From: Paragordius varius
Taxonomy: Eukaryota > Animalia > Nematomorpha
DNA: 64,000 nt
Direction: 5' to 3'
Assembly: GCA_964247055.1 (NCBI GenBank)
Contig: OZ176050.1
Span: 12,462,001 to 12,526,000 of the forward strand
Shown here: positions 11,101-24,400 of the stretch, piece by piece
How the letters are laid out: every line of letters begins with the position of its first letter
Numbering within the stretch: the stretch's first letter is position 1
Translations under genes and position numbers: made by a program
Notes under the pieces: model-generated
Seen by the model: only the letters and a program-made list of their open reading frames with translations
What the model was told of the DNA's origin: nothing
The model's database searches: none

Positions 11101-12707
11101 ATATGAATTGTAACTGGCTCAATGTAACAACCTAATTCCTCTTTAAATAGATTAGGGAAATTTTCAATAATTTTATCAAGTTTAAGAAAGTTAATTCGTA
11201 CTTTAGGAATGTCGATGTTAAATCTCGTGATCCAATCCAAGCCACAAATGAGCGGTGCCTTTGACAATTTTTCTTTCAATACACAACATTCTGCGTTCCC
11301 CAAGTTTTGCCCATTGATTTGCACTGTGACTGTTGTTACGCCCAGTAGAGGTACTATGCTATTATTGTAGGCTTTTACTGGCGGTATGGGTCTAATATTT
11401 GGCTTGCCAACTTGTTTCCAGGTGTCAAAGCTGATAACACTGATGTCAGCTCCAGTATCATAGATAAACGTTTGTTCTGTGTTGTTTATCATTATTTTTA
11501 CGGTCCATGGTGAGGTTGGCATTGCTTTTCTATGGATCTGGCGGTTGAACAAATTTTTGGCAGTGTTTTTTGATCTACACATTTTTGCGAAGTGATGAGG
11601 TTTTCCGCATTTATTGCAATTGCGGTTCCAGGCAGGACATTTGTTTGGTCCATGGCTATTACCACAACGATTGCACGAATGTGTTAGGGGTTTTGCTGTT
11701 GGCTGTCGTGAACGCATGGCCTTGTTATTATTATTGGTGTGTTGTAATCGATTTAAATTATTACCATTATTATAATTGGTATTATCATTATTGTTATGAA
11801 GGCCAGCCCTGGCAGCCTCGTGTGCTAGTGCGAGATCCACTATCGTTTCTAGAGGCACGGGTTGTCCGTTGATCTCGGCATCGGGATACCTTGAATGTAT
11901 GTCAATTTCCAATTGTGGTTGCCGTAACCCAATGACGAAGGCATCTCGAATCCGTTCCTCTATTGAATCCTTAAATTTTGCCTCTTCGGCTGCGATTTTT
12001 ACCCGTTCTAGAAATTGGGTAAACGATTCGGTGTTGTTCCGCACAAGTCGAAAAAACTCAAATCTGCTTTGGAATTTCGACTTTGTGGGATTGAATACCT
12101 TTAAACCCGTTGCCATTATCTCGGTCCATTCTGCATCTTTTATCTTTTTCGGATAGAGTCGTTGGTTGATTTTGCGTGCCACCATTAGACCTCCATACGC
12201 AAGCAAGGTTGTTTTGAGGGCTTGTTCTGTTACAGGGATATCTTTTGCCTCCATAACATTTGTCATGTACTCAACGTATTCCTCAAACTTAATATTATCA
12301 TTATATTTTTCGATGCATAGGTTAGCGAGATTGATTGGCGTTGTCATGTTCGATTGGGTATCAGTAAGACCTCCACTAGCACTAGCTTAGTTCGGTACTC
12401 GAATTGCCACCAATTTTATCTTTTAAGATAAGAGATAATAAAAGAAATGTGAAAATGAACTGAACTATTTATTTGGTTTTTTAAGGTGTATATATAGCAA
12501 TTTTAACTGTCCATGATTTGCATTATATCAATAAAATTTCAAGTAACAAAGGTTCTATATTTACATATAACACAAAAAATATAAAAAATAATACAATTCA
12601 AATAACGGTGAAAGTTATGATATATAACCAAAGTATGTATTTCACACTTGCATATAACACAGAAAAATATTATAAAAATAAAGTATAACTTTCAGATTTG
12701 CATAACA
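8113..12707 (-). mobile_element. Ty3/gypsy (Mag-like) LTR retrotransposon, full length, intact ORF
   Basis: ~294-bp LTRs at 8113-8406 and 12414-12707 (one substitution plus a homopolymer shift by eye). TSD GTTGC at 8108-8112 and 12708-12712. PBS TGGTGGCA at 12412-12405. PPT AAGGGGGAAGCGA directly after the stop. Confidence 0.97.
8418..12347 (-). CDS. Single-ORF gag-pol polyprotein, 1309 aa
   Basis: CNRCGNSHGPNKC and CNKCGKPHHFAKMC knuckles, DTGA protease, YLDD RT, ETDAS RNase H, HSGH...CSAC integrase with DDE core, Asn-rich tail. Confidence 0.96.
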   Translation of the reverse strand: MTTPINLANLCIEKYNDNIKFEEYVEYMTNVMEAKDIPVTEQALKTTLLAYGGLMVARKINQRLYPKKIKDAEWTEIMATGLKVFNPTKSKFQSRFEFFRLVRNNTESFTQFLERVKIAAEEAKFKDSIEERIRDAFVIGLRQPQLEIDIHSRYPDAEINGQPVPLETIVDLALAHEAARAGLHNNNDNTNYNNGNNLNRLQHTNNNNKAMRSRQPTAKPLTHSCNRCGNSHGPNKCPAWNRNCNKCGKPHHFAKMCRSKNTAKNLFNRQIHRKAMPTSPWTVKIMINNTEQTFIYDTGADISVISFDTWKQVGKPNIRPIPPVKAYNNSIVPLLGVTTVTVQINGQNLGNAECCVLKEKLSKAPLICGLDWITRFNIDIPKVRINFLKLDKIIENFPNLFKEELGCYIEPVTIHIAPNASPKVWPCRRVPFPLRAKVENELLRLQKLDILEPIDPNLTPLTWATPTVNVLKANGEVRICSDFRVTINKWLTEDSHIIPTFDDLVSKIGEGQVFTKIDLKDAYLQMPITKESQDLLTIATHKGFFRYKRMPFGLSTAPIIFQRVMDQVIKDCPGTCAYLDDVLVTGKSEQEHLINLNNVLNRLELAGFRLRKDKIKIGEPSVSYLGFEISNKGISPCKNKVKAINDFKKPVDKKSLRSFLGFLTFHERFIPKLQLIVSDLHSLTSKNVRWNWSEKHENCWKAAKELLSEQVFLTPYNPDRKLVIETDASDIGFGCILSHVVNGERKPIAYGSRKCSTAESNYSTIEKELKAIVFALEKFHNFIYGRKFEILTDHLPLVRLINRDRNLKEIQNAKILRWVNRLNDYDFELSYQAGPKNRADYLSRCPSDDNVDTIDRDYMVTRYLRFLNCHNVQLSRDEIRRETVKDKILQKVIKAIHNQDWSDVELAGFTNRKGEISYQYGLVSLNDRIIIPESLQSNVVNYLHSGHNNVETMKAMARFTCFWPKLENDLVRRYSECSACQINKPSLVENPTYHWDPNAAIWERLHIDIAGPVDGYYWLLLIDSSSKWAEGFMLKRVNSVNILHKLEETFARFGFPRTVISDNASYFSNSYFTSTLTNLGIKHVRVTPYHPKSNGMVERLVGTLKGKYRKIKNDNISPQEAFNTTLWSYRNSIHATTKETPFQLLFKRVSQTPLTWINTKATILDAPRPRREFSINQPVMMRNEQNVGWRAGDVVDRTGLLSYSVWDQVNQKIVRKHADQLKHVDLPANSTAPVTPNNSNDSNKDNNNNNNDSSIDNNNNSNDNNDDKINDNNNESSNDNINNNNDNINANPHERRYPERIRRKPVRFS

Positions 12708-12722
12708 GTTGCCTATTTATTT

Positions 12723-13823
12723 CCAGGTGTATTCATAGTTTATTACCATTTTAACTAAAGTTGCAAGCAGACGATTAATTTCATACACCCATTATACTTA
12801 TCTGACATTAAACGAAAAACACATACAAGTTAAGTATACCAAAAACTAACGACTCATATTTATCGTTCAACTCTCGTGTTCAATTTTGTGCTTTAAACGG
12901 AACGATTGCGGAAATTATTGCCATCAGAAGAAAAATGTTGTAAGTTATTGTTTACCGGCTAAAACACATGGTGAATATGCTGATTAAAACTGTGAAACAT
13001 GGTTTTATATTAAAAGTTGTGATTTAAATGTGAGAGAGTATGGGTGCTCTGGCAGACTACGCAACTGCGAAGACGCTAAGTTTAAGGGTAATTGAAAGAT
13101 TATCAAACTTAACCAGAATTGACAGAAGCATCATGTGTCACATAAACAAACAATAGATGTCTACGAGCAATGGGAAAGACCAACAAACTCGGTAAATGGG
13201 TCCTAGACAATATAAATAAAGGTCAAATGAAAATCACTAAATGACCTGTAAAATCCTGCTTCAACAAAAATAAACCATTTTTGAATTGACGAGTGATCTG
13301 TAATGGCTTCGTTTAAAAAATCTAAAGCGGATAATTGTAGGTTTCATGCCAAGCCGTTCCATTCACACTAAGGCCACATCGCTTCGGCAAGAAATCATGA
13401 TCTGTGTCTAGTGGGACAAGAGCGGTATTGTGTTTTATAAATTTTTAAAGTTACGTCAATTTTATATATACACCTAGTTAAAACCATGCATTAATTGAAA
13501 AACTACCGGAATGAGCTAGAAAACATGACAGAGCTAGTCTCGCACATATTGAACACCTCACGATTAGATGGGGATTTTTTCTGCCGCTGAACTATTATGA
13601 CGGACATGTGGCTAAACAACTTCGCACACACCCTCGCAGAGCAGTCATTAATTTCGAAGACACAATGGTTTGCCGCAAAATTTATTTTTCCTGGCGTGAC
13701 ATTCATATACTGAGAGATGAGCGAGGTATGTAGAAGTCGATGCCCAATATTTTCTATTAATAATTAATTTCCTTTCAAAATTAGTTTTTTTAAAAACCGT
13801 TAAAATCTTATGAATGCACCTGG
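12723..13823 (+). mobile_element. Degenerate mariner element
   Basis: TIR CCAGGTG(T/C)ATTCATA at both ends, TA at the right flank. Broken transposase remnants LRAMGKTNKLGKWV and KIMICV*WDKSGIVFY. Confidence 0.72.
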
Positions 13824-14009
13824 TATTACCAAATAATTTTGACTGGAGAATTTGGTGGCATAATTTTGTAGCTATTAATTATGCCAATTTACATTTAATT
13901 TAGATTTAGAATAAAAGTGTAAAAAAATTAATTTATTAGTATATTTAAAATTGATTATTTAATTGGTTATGATTGCACCAACTTTCTCCATAAATGCTAG
14001 TTCGCTACA

Positions 14010-17000
14010 TTACGGTTCATCTGTTTCTCCATTCAAGGGTTGTGCATTTCGATCGCTAGATTTGGCCCTTTTAGGTGTTTTTTTATTTATCATGCTGGAC
14101 AGCGACTTTCGAATTTTGTGAATGACGGATTTTCGTTTTTTAGGTTTAATCACATCGCCGTCTTGAATTGATTTCTCCCCAGTTTCCGAAATTAGTGGGT
14201 CATCAAAAACTTCTTCGGTTGCATTTTCTGAGTTTTTATCAAGCATATCTTGCTAAATATGTAATATGCTTAATAGAGTTATTGAATTGTAATAATGATG
14301 ATATCTTTATAAAAATCTTTTATTTAAGTCACCTCTTCTTTTCGTAATTTCTTTTGGAACTGCTGTAAATGCAATATATCGGAATGACTCATGGAACGTT
14401 TTATTGGAAATTTGCAATTATGCATACCATTTTCTGTTGGTCTTAAGTTGCATATGCGCTGAGAATTTACTATTTTGGTACTAAAATATAGTATATAACT
14501 AATTAATAAAATAGTTTTTATTTGCTATAGGTAAAAAATAATAAAATATTTAAAATAGTACAATATTAGTGACTAGTTCAAACTCAAAAAGAAATTCATT
14601 ATTATCGTTTATATGAGTGGTACAATTAATCTCATTTTCATCTATAAAAATATTAAAAACAAATTAATATTACATAAATGTGCCTGTATTGGTGTGCTAA
14701 GATACAAATTTATTTAATAGTTAAAATATGATAGTGCCATTTATGAAAAAAATTCCACATGTATGATATATCCATCGTCCCGGTTTAGTTTATCTTTGTT
14801 GTAAGGCTTCTTTAATTATTCGATCTTTTTAATGATTATTGATACATGTTACATGTTAAATATTTTAAAATGTATATTAGCAAACCAATGCTCTATGTAA
14901 TATAATTTTTTACAGTATTTTATTATTTTTAGAGTTGTATACCAGATTAATTGTACACACTCATATAATCAGCTCGATATAGAATTTTTTGACAATTATA
15001 AACACTGATACTGTACTGTTTTTTTAATCAGCTATTCCAATAATCTCAATATAGTAATAATTAATTGTAAGGTTAAATTACATGGAAACTTAAAAGTTTA
15101 AAGAAATCATGTAATTATCAGCTTATATACCATAAATACAGAAGCGGATATATGATTTAAGGAGTAATACCATAGGCTTTAAATTTTCAAGTTCTTATTA
15201 AAAGAGACTATTTTTTCAAGGGGTGTCAGTATTTTTTTAAGTTTAAAAATTTAATCAACAACAACATTAAAAATAGTAATACCTTTTTTCATTTTTTTAT
15301 CTCCCCAGAATATAAAATCAATATAGAAGTTTTTATCAAATGTTTCCTACTATAAAACCGCTACAATATTGGTCATATGAGTCTATAAAAAATAAAAATT
15401 TAAGATTTTTCGCCTTTTGCTTCAAATACTTAGTTAATCAAGCAACGAAAATATTGCTACCATTCATTTGCATCATTTCTTGATTAGTTATTTTTGGAGT
15501 AGTTTTTTAAAAGAGCAATTGCAAATATTAATAACCTAAAAAATATATATATAAGGTTCATGCGTTGGCCTTTTAAGATTATTATACAAAAATTTTAAAC
15601 ATATAAAATGGAAAACCCTAATCTCAAACTTTAAGCCATCATGTATTTTTCGATTTCTGTCGTGCAGAAAAAAACAATATATTAAGGTTAAACAAGTTGA
15701 TTGACTTCGCAAAGCTTTCTTTTATTAAAACAAACTTGCACTATTATTAATTTAATCAGTTGTTTGATTTATTGAATATTGGTGTATACATTCTAGCAAA
15801 ACTGTAAAAAATAAAAATAGAAGTCTAATAATTGTTAATTATATTATAGCAAGTCCTGATTGCTTTTTAAGCTAAATGTAATAGCACCTGAATATGTGTA
15901 AGTACATAAAAAATATTGATGTTTACTAATTAAAAAAACTTACATAATTAAAAATATTGCTCTTTACTTATAAATTCTCTAATTTAATCTTTGAACAATT
16001 AACCATTTTTGCTAAAAAATATGGTCAAATAGATCGGCTGGTTCATTTTAATTACATACAGCTAGGGTTGTGCTGACCTGGTTATTTTTGACCATGGTCA
16101 TTTAAAAGAACAGATTGCTGGTAAATTTTTTTTGGAAGAGAAAATTTCAGTTTTAATATATTTTTAATATATAAATTAAATATTTAAATATGATTTAACT
16201 TATAAAATATTAAACACGCATCGTTATAACATTAGCATTTAAGCATATCCAGTTACTTCGAAAAACAAAACAATCAAGCACTTTGCAAAACATGCAATTA
16301 TTCCATAACCAATAAAATGAGAAAACATCTTACATTTGGATATTAATTCATTGATGAAAGAAAGTGTAAAATAAACTAGGTAAAATTTAATTTGAAATAT
16401 CCAGTATTAAAAGCTATGTATTTGAAGATTCAGAAGGCCACAAACATTTGGCAAAAGAAAACAAAATTCTTGGTTTGATTGAAAATATTTGTAAATAATA
16501 AATATCAAAAAAATATATAATAAACTTTTAAAAAAACATGATATTATTAGTGAAACGCTAGTGTCGTACGAACATTATTTTCACAATATAATTTCGCATG
16601 ATAATTACTTAAGTAAAAAGTGGTCATGACCGTGGTCATGACCATGGTCTGATGGGTCTGACCGGACTTTTTTGAAAAAGCAGTCAAATGCACAACCCTA
16701 CATACAGCCTACGAATGACGTACCTTTTTTTTTTTCAAAAAAACAATTTTAAGCTTTATAGTTTTATAGATTTTATCATAAATGAAAATGCTAAGCATAA
16801 AATATATCAATATTTCTTGTCACATCATTACCTATAAAATAATCTTGGGGGTAATGGGGGCGGTTCCTCATCCAATGATATATCTCGAAGGAATTCATCA
16901 TCTACCGGGTAATCTAGCGATTCTAGCACATTTTCACCCCTGTAACCAAATGGCGAAAGTTCAACGTTTGCAATTTGATCGTACATTCTATCACGCCGCT

Positions 17001-19489
17001 GATCCCGACAAATTTTTATATTATTACAAGGTTCCTCCTTATTTTGCTGGATAGATTTTTCCTTTGTGTTAACGGCTTCCTTATTGTTTAAGTTATTCTT
17101 TTCCTTATAAACATCATTTGTAGTGGATTTGTTTGCACTATTCAATTTGTTATGTTGATTTATGTTAAGGTTTATGTTAGGATTTATTTTTGGTTTTTGT
17201 AGACCCATTTCTCGACCGATCAGTGTGGGTGTATTGGTATTTACAATAAAAGTCGTATTAGGAGATTTCATAATCATATTATTTATATTGTTATCATTGT
17301 TAATTTCCTCAATCAAAGGTTTATTCCCAATGTCATTATCATTAGTATTTACAAGAAGATTCCCGCCGTTTTTAGACTGAAAATTATTTTTAAATTTAAA
17401 GGGAGAATTATTCTGAATCAGTATATTATCCTCACTGTGTTGGTTAAAATTAGATTTTTTGCACACTTCAGTCGTCGGTATTTTCTTAGGGAACGGAGTT
17501 AATTCATGGATAGCATTTACACCCATTTTTATACCCGTTGATTTGGTTTCTATTGGTTTAAACCTATTGTTGGATCCCGTATTAACATTATTTTCTTTAA
17601 ATATATTGATCTGATTATTTAAAAATCTCTTTTGTGAACTTTTTGCACCTTCTAATTGTTCATTAGGTTTATTAGTCGGGGTTTGCGGAGTGACGTTTAT
17701 AATTTCATCATATGTCTAAGGGTATATTGTAAAGTGTATATAATTTTATTTTTAACAGTTTAATCATTTTCCTTTAAAATCTATGACCCTTAAATGACCG
17801 CAAAATTTGATTTTCGAACGTTTTGGAAAAAAAACTAAAAATGCTAAAATTAATATATATTCCCATATATTTTATCCTTCTTATAATATGTTACCATATT
17901 AATTATTTCAGGCAGAAACTTAAATTTTATTTTAGTTAAGGGATTAAGCTTTATTATTTTATTCTGGCTTTTGGACAGTCTTTTCTAAAATATTTATAAA
18001 CATAAGTTTAAATCAACTTGCGTAGTTTCATCATTTGATCCCGTATTATTCTTCATCAATTGTTGGAATTCATTTTTCTGATCATATTCAATATCTATTA
18101 ATTAAATATAATAATTAAAAGGCAAGAGCATACATAAAATAAGTTTTTAACCAAAAACATACTATATAATGGATTTTTGGCTGTTTTAAATCGCTCTAAC
18201 TTTGGAATCATTTCTGGATATCTATCAATCGATGGATTGCTAGTAAATATGGTTTGTTTTGTTGCGCTATTCTCGCAATTTGCGTGATCATTGTGCTGCT
18301 TTTTTATAGGATTACTATTCTTAATTTTATTTTCCGTTGGACACATTTCATTTTTATTTTGGGTATTGCAGAAATTCATGTGCACAGCCCCAAATATTAT
18401 AGGTGTTTTGTCTATAATAATATACCATTTACAATTCTAATTCAGCCTATAACAATTCAAATTCACCCTAAAAATTATTTATGTGTTTTCGAACTAATAA
18501 AACTCATTATTTATATGAAATATATCTTTATGGTATAGTTTATTATTTTTTCAGTATTATTTTAATTTAAAACAAAATTTTATTTTTGAAAAATATATAA
18601 AAATAAGGTATTTTTAATCTTAAAAAACATATAATTTATTTTAGGGTGAATTGGAATTGTTCAAGGGTGATTTTAAATTCTTTTAGGGTGAATTTGTATT
18701 ATAAATGGTATACAAAAACACGAGCCACATTTATGTTGGCTTATTCACATTTTTGTTATCCAATTGGCAACACAGTAGTGTTTATATAAAAACAACTAAA
18801 AGTTAAATTAAACAATTTTTTCCATTTGTATATTAAATTATAGACAAAATTTTTTACAACACACGCTACTGTATTATCAAATGGCCAACAATAATGTGAA
18901 TAAGCCAATATAAATGTTTATAATCTATTAGGTTAAATCTTACCACTTTGATCCTTGAGAGGTTTTGCAGAAGTGTTGTTAGTTTTAGGTACTGATAGAA
19001 TTATGGGGGAAGAATTTTCTTTGTGCAATTCCTTTCTAAGCTTAGCCATCTCTATAATATTGTGTGTCCTTAGAGAGCCATCAGTTTGTGAGGAATATGG
19101 AATTCGACCGTTTGATTCGGTTGAACCGGTATACATTTTTAATTTTTCCGCTGAAATTTTATGCCTTAACTTTTCAGACTTAATTTGTGGATTTTTAATG
19201 GATATTGGCAATTCTTTCCTGTCGCTATGCTCCTGGTAGTTCTCAAGCGAATTTTTTACAATTTGATTTGGATTTGGACTTTTAAAGGTTGGTATCTTTA
19301 GAAAAAAGTTAAATCAAAATTAGTTAAAAAAAGGTAGTTTATGGGGTTAGAACAAAGAAATAATACTTTGGATTTATTGTTGGAAGCTTGCGTCGGTTTG
19401 AGATAAGATGGTGTTCTGTTCATATCTTTTGCCCGAAGTGGACTAGCATTTGATTTTGGTGTTTTAAGTACCTGGGATCGTGTGATCAT
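14010..19489 (-). CDS. Orphan low-complexity (Asn/Lys-rich) protein, ~668 aa, 8 exons: 19489-19367, 19295-18944, 18411-18163, 18094-18018, 17715-16832, 14480-14428, 14362-14333, 14248-14010
   Basis: All junctions GT-AG with consistent phases, total 2007 nt. Introns 71, 532, 68, 302, 2351, 65, 84 nt. Motifs TPSYLKPTQAS, EEPPPLPPR, basic C-terminus. No domain recognised. Confidence 0.7.
16063..16700. mobile_element. hAT non-autonomous element in an intron
   Basis: TIR TAGGGTTGTGC / GCACAACCCTA. Perfect 8-bp TSD CATACAGC (16055-16062, 16701-16708). Subterminal GACCATGGTC repeats. Confidence 0.9.
18423..18710. mobile_element. MITE with TACCATTT termini and subterminal ~20-bp repeats, copy 1
   Basis: TA|TACCATTTAC...TAAATGGTA|TA. 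Internal AGGGTGAATTTGAATTGTTC-like repeats. Inverted homologue at 60618-60925. Confidence 0.82.
18727..18917. repeat. Small inverted-repeat element (probable MITE)
   Basis: 25-bp inverted repeat ACATTTAT(G/A)TTGGCTTATTCACATT with one mismatch, plus an inner CAGTAG/CTACTG pair. No clear TSD. Confidence 0.6.
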
Positions 19490-20449
19490 TTTAAAAATGA
19501 TAGTTTTTTAAAAAATATTACATCATGACAATAAATGTTGTTAAATAGTGTTAAGACAATATTATTTGTTTTCTTGACCTTCGAAAAAATTAAAACGTGT
19601 TTCTGTTTACCACTTATACAACGTAATTGTTTATATTAAATTAGTCGGCAAATTTTGTAAATTTTAATATATGACGATTCCCACACACTTTATAATGTTC
19701 TTTTATAACCAGTCATACAAGAACCAATATAAGAAACTATTTAAAAAGTTATCATATATTATCCAGCCATGGTTTAAACTAAACTATATATATATATATT
19801 AAATTTTTAATTTAAAACTGAACCAAATGAAAATATTAATTGACACATTTTACCAGTCAAAATCGTCTATTTACCTTATCAGATATTCAGATAAAAAGAT
19901 ATAATATTTAATAAACTTAAGATTAAAACTTTCTTTTCTAATAAGGCTTATTTTTACCGAACCTAGGGTTTTATAAGAACGAGGTTAAAAAGCTTAAATG
20001 GTCCTTATATAAAGTCAGTGTATTAAATTGTGATAAGATTCTAAAAATCTTCAAAAATACTTTAGGGCCTCAAACACATGACTATGATCAGCGCATTAGT
20101 AAAGGAAATGCCAATAGCCATAGTTAAATATTGGTTCATACTTTTGTTGTAAAGTCGTATTTTTGTGGAAATAACGTTCAAGGGGGGGGGGGTTTACTAT
20201 TAAGCGGTGAAAGACACAAAAAACTATTCTTTCTTGCATATGCTAGGCTTTTTATTTGGAAAGCGAAATTCCAGGGGATCTTGACAGGGTCCAATAAAAA
20301 TGCTGTTTATCGTCAGCGTATTCATAAAAAATATTGAAACATCCTATATTGGGTTCGATGGGGCTATTTGTTTTCGAAAGCCTTTAAAACCGCCAATATG
20401 ATAATTTTAAACCATGCCTTAATTAAATGACCGGAATAAGCCAGAAAAC

Positions 20450-20740
20450 ATGGCACAGTGATGATGCTTTATGACAATGCTCCTCTACAACAAAATCTAT
20501 GAAAGACGATCGAATACGCTTCGATGGGAAATTCCTTTGCATCAGAACTCTCGGTGCAATCTGACTAATAGCTATGAACATGAATGGGTCTCAATCTTGA
20601 AGAGAAGCATTAAAATAATTAAGAAGTTGATTGAAAAATGGTTTGCCACAAAAGACAATCAGTTTTTCTGGCAAGGAAATTATATAGTGCCGGAGAGATG
20701 GGCGATATGTGTAAAAACAGAGAAACAATATTTTAAATGA
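20450..20740 (+). mobile_element. Mariner transposase 3' remnant
   Basis: DNAP-like motif and C-terminus IEKWFATKDNQFFWQGNYIVPERWAICVKTEKQYFK* typical of mariner. Frameshifted. Confidence 0.7.
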
Positions 20741-20978
20741 TATATGTAATTGTTTTCCTTTCAAAATTAGATATTTTTCACAAAACACCTAAATAACTAA
20801 TTTTTGATGAAATGTATTTTTGGGCCTGAACGGTATATAGGCGCTATATGATATTATTTGTCTTAATATTAAATGCTTTTTATAAAAAATTGCATGAATT
20901 CAGCAAAGAACCTTTAAAAAAATTCTGTGATAGCATCATCTTATAATATAAAATAAAACTATAGATAATGTTTTAGAA

Positions 20979-21445
20979 TTTTGTGATTTTTGTCAAATAA
21001 ATTATCGATGTTTTTATCATCAAAATTGTCTCCATTTGGCGACTCACAAACTGATACGTTCTCCGTAGTAGTTAAGTCAATTTCTATATAGAAATGTTAA
21101 ACAAAATAAATTTTGTTTGAAATTTATACGGTTTGATTCTTTTAACCGGGAGCAACATCTGTTTTACACCCGCGTGTTCGACACCTTCAAATACAATTCT
21201 TATTACTTATAACAATTATTATAATTATCTTTGTTATCTATTTATTTTTCCAAGTTTATTCTATCTTTTATCAGTTTTCTCATTCTTTCAAAAAATGCAC
21301 GAAATTAACTTAGAAAAATATTCCAATTCAATAGGATTCGTATTCTATTTTATTTCATTTTTACTAATTGATATATATTTATGTATTTCTTTTTTAATTA
21401 TTATTATTATTATATTTTTGGTTAAAATTTTTGATTCTTTTTTAG

Positions 21446-21476
<31 letters not shown>

Positions 21477-24400
21477 TTTTGGTTAAAATCTTTTGATTCT
21501 TTTTTAGTTGCTTTATATATTGGTTACTATATATCTTAGTGTTTATTATCTACATTATTCTTCTTCTTTATTGTATTTTTGTTTTTTATGAGTGTTATTT
21601 GTAAGGCGTGCAGGCCAGACCCGGCCAGTCGCTGCACGGAGGTAGGGGCCAATAGGGATAAGGAAGGTTGTAGAATGTGTTTTGCCAGTATAAATGTTGG
21701 ATCGTTAAAAAGTAAGTTATATGATTTAGTTGAAACTATGAGGGTAAAAAAAGTAAATTTTTTGTGCATTCAGGAGACCAGATACCGTGGAAATGGTACT
21801 AAGACGTTAGAGGGTAATTATAAAATGTTTTATTCAGGTTCTACGGATGGTTACTGTGGGGTTGCCATAATAGTGTGCCCAAGATTTGCCAATCAAGTAA
21901 TTGAGGTTAGACGTGCTGACAGTAGAATCATAAGTGTCGACGTATTGTTAAATAAGAGGGTTTTTACTATCTTTAGCGTTTATGCCCCCCAGATAGGTTT
22001 AACTAAACCAGAGAAAGATAAATTTTATGATTTGTTAGACGCAGAAATGACTTCATTAACGAAAGACAGAGAAATTATATTTTGTGGTGATTTCAACGGG
22101 CACGTGGGACAAGATAGGAGAGGTTTTGAACCTTGGCACGGCGGAAAAGGTTACGGGGTTATAAATGAAGAAGGGGCTAGTTTATTAAGATTTGCCCAAT
22201 CTTATAACTTTGCTATAACAAATACTTTTTTTACGAAAAGGGAGAGCCACTTAATTACCTACGAAAGTGGAAATAAGAAGTCACAAATTGATTATATTCT
22301 AGTGCTACGAAAGTCTTTAAAGTTTGTTTTAGACTGCAAAGTGATACCTAACTTGCAGATTAGCACACAACACAATTTAATTATGTGTAAATATATGACA
22401 GATATACCAATAAATGCCAAAAAGCCTAAGCTTATAGCGCCGAAGGTAATTAAATGGGATTCTCTAAGAAACAGTAAAGAAAGATTTGTAGAAACGGTAG
22501 GCATACTAGAGAGGAACAGTGATCCAGAAAGTGTTTGGTCTCAGGTGGCAAAAACAATAAGAGAGGCGGGAGTTAAGGTGTGCGGAATGAAAGGTGGCAG
22601 AAATCAGGTTTATAGAGAGGCATGGCTGAAAGACGAAAAAATAATTCTGAAATCGCGAGAGAAAAGAAAAGCTTTTAAAACGTGGAGGTTTACCCACCAA
22701 GCAGAAGACAAGGAAAAATATAAAAGGATTAATAAGGAACTTAAAAGGCTTGTAAGATTGGTCAAAAAAGAAAAGACGGCATCATTATATGAAGAGTTGA
22801 ACAGTAAGCAAGGTTTAAACAAAGTTTTTAAAATTGCTCGACAAAGACAAAGAAGAAAGCTGGACTTGCCCCCTTATGCGACAGCCATTAAAGATAAAAA
22901 AGGCAAATTACTCGTTGAGGAAGCGAAAATATTGAAAAGGTGGAAAGAATATTTCCAGGAACTTGAATTGGGCGTCAGTGAAACAAGTTTACCCGAAACA
23001 CCAGATTATAAATCTGCGCATATTGAAAGTATAACAAGGGAAGAAGTCCAGGCTGGTTTAGAAGAGATGTCAATAAATAAGGCTGCAGGTCCAGACGATA
23101 TTAACATAAACTGTTGGAAAATATTGTCAGGAAAAGGTATTGAATTTTTGGCAGATATTTTTAATAATGTAGTTACTACAGGTATGATACCAACCGAATG
23201 GAAGGAGAGTTTCACTGTTCCCATTTTCAAGGGTAAAGGAGATATTAATGATTGTAATAATTACAGAGGGATAAGATTGATGTCGCATACAATGAAGTTA
23301 TTTGAGAAAGTACTAGAGAAAAGAATAAGAAAAATGGTTAGTATTGAGGGTAATCAATTTGGTTTTATTCCAGGAAAATCCACCATTGACCCAATTCACG
23401 CAGTAAGAAGGCTAATCGAGAAGCATTTAGAAATGAAAAAGGAGTTGCATGGTATTTGTATTGATATTGAAAAGGCATTTGACAGAATACCTCGGAGCAC
23501 AATATGGTGGAGCTTAAGACGAAAAAAGGTCCCTGAAAGTTACATAAAGATTTTAAAAAGCATGTATGAATCACACCAAACGAAAATTAAAACACACCAG
23601 GGAATATCAGGTCCTATTAAAATAAACGAAGGGGTCTATCAGGGGTCTGCAATCAGCCCGTTATTATTTATAATATGCATGGACGAAATTTCAAAAGAAG
23701 TAGGACAACACGATGGCTGGTATTTTCTTTATGCAGACGACCTAATAGTGCTGTCCGACGAGTTGCATGAATTAAAAGAATCGGTGGGTAAATGGATTGA
23801 TGTGTTACGACGATGCGGATTAAAAGTTAACAAAAAGAAAACGGAACTGATAAATTTTGGTGGGAAAAAACGAGAAATAGAATTAGAAGAAGGGTGGGTA
23901 TTAAAAGGTCAGGAAGAATGCAAATATTTAGGAGCAATATTAGCAGCTGATGGATCTTTAACACTTGATATTAATTTAAGAATTCGAAATAGTTGGGCAA
24001 ATTACAAAAAGATCTCAAGTGTTTTGTGCGACAAAAATATTGACCTAAAAGTAAAGGGTAAGATTTACAGTGCTGTTGTACAACCAACAATGATGTACAA
24101 CTCACAGACATGGGCAATAAAGAAATCAGAAGAGAGGCACTTTGAGGTTACTGAAATGAGAATGCTTAGAGTGATGTGCGGTGTAACGAGGAAAGACAAG
24201 GTGAAGAATGTCTACATAAGAGGAAGTACGGAAATCAAATCGGTAACCCAAAAGATGATGGTAAATCGTTTAAGATGGTTCGGACATGTTGAAAGAAGAG
24301 ATAAAAATTACATTGGTAAAAAGATTGACGATTATATTGTAAAAGGCAAGAGGGGAAAAGGGCGCCCTAAAACGCGATGGATAGATACAGTTAAGAGGGA

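Noticed and set aside
510-12390. Antisense and alternate-frame ORFs over the two gag-pol genes
   Set aside because: These are shadow ORFs; the Leu/Ile runs come from antisense (AAT)n codons.
21133-21486. 117-aa Ile/Tyr/Phe-rich ORF
   Set aside because: Translation of (TTA)n tracts in the RTE 5' leader.
21000-21700. HDV-like or hammerhead ribozyme at the RTE 5' end
   Set aside because: I could not draw the nested pseudoknot or find a CTGATGA/GAAA core by eye. Only a simple stem is visible.
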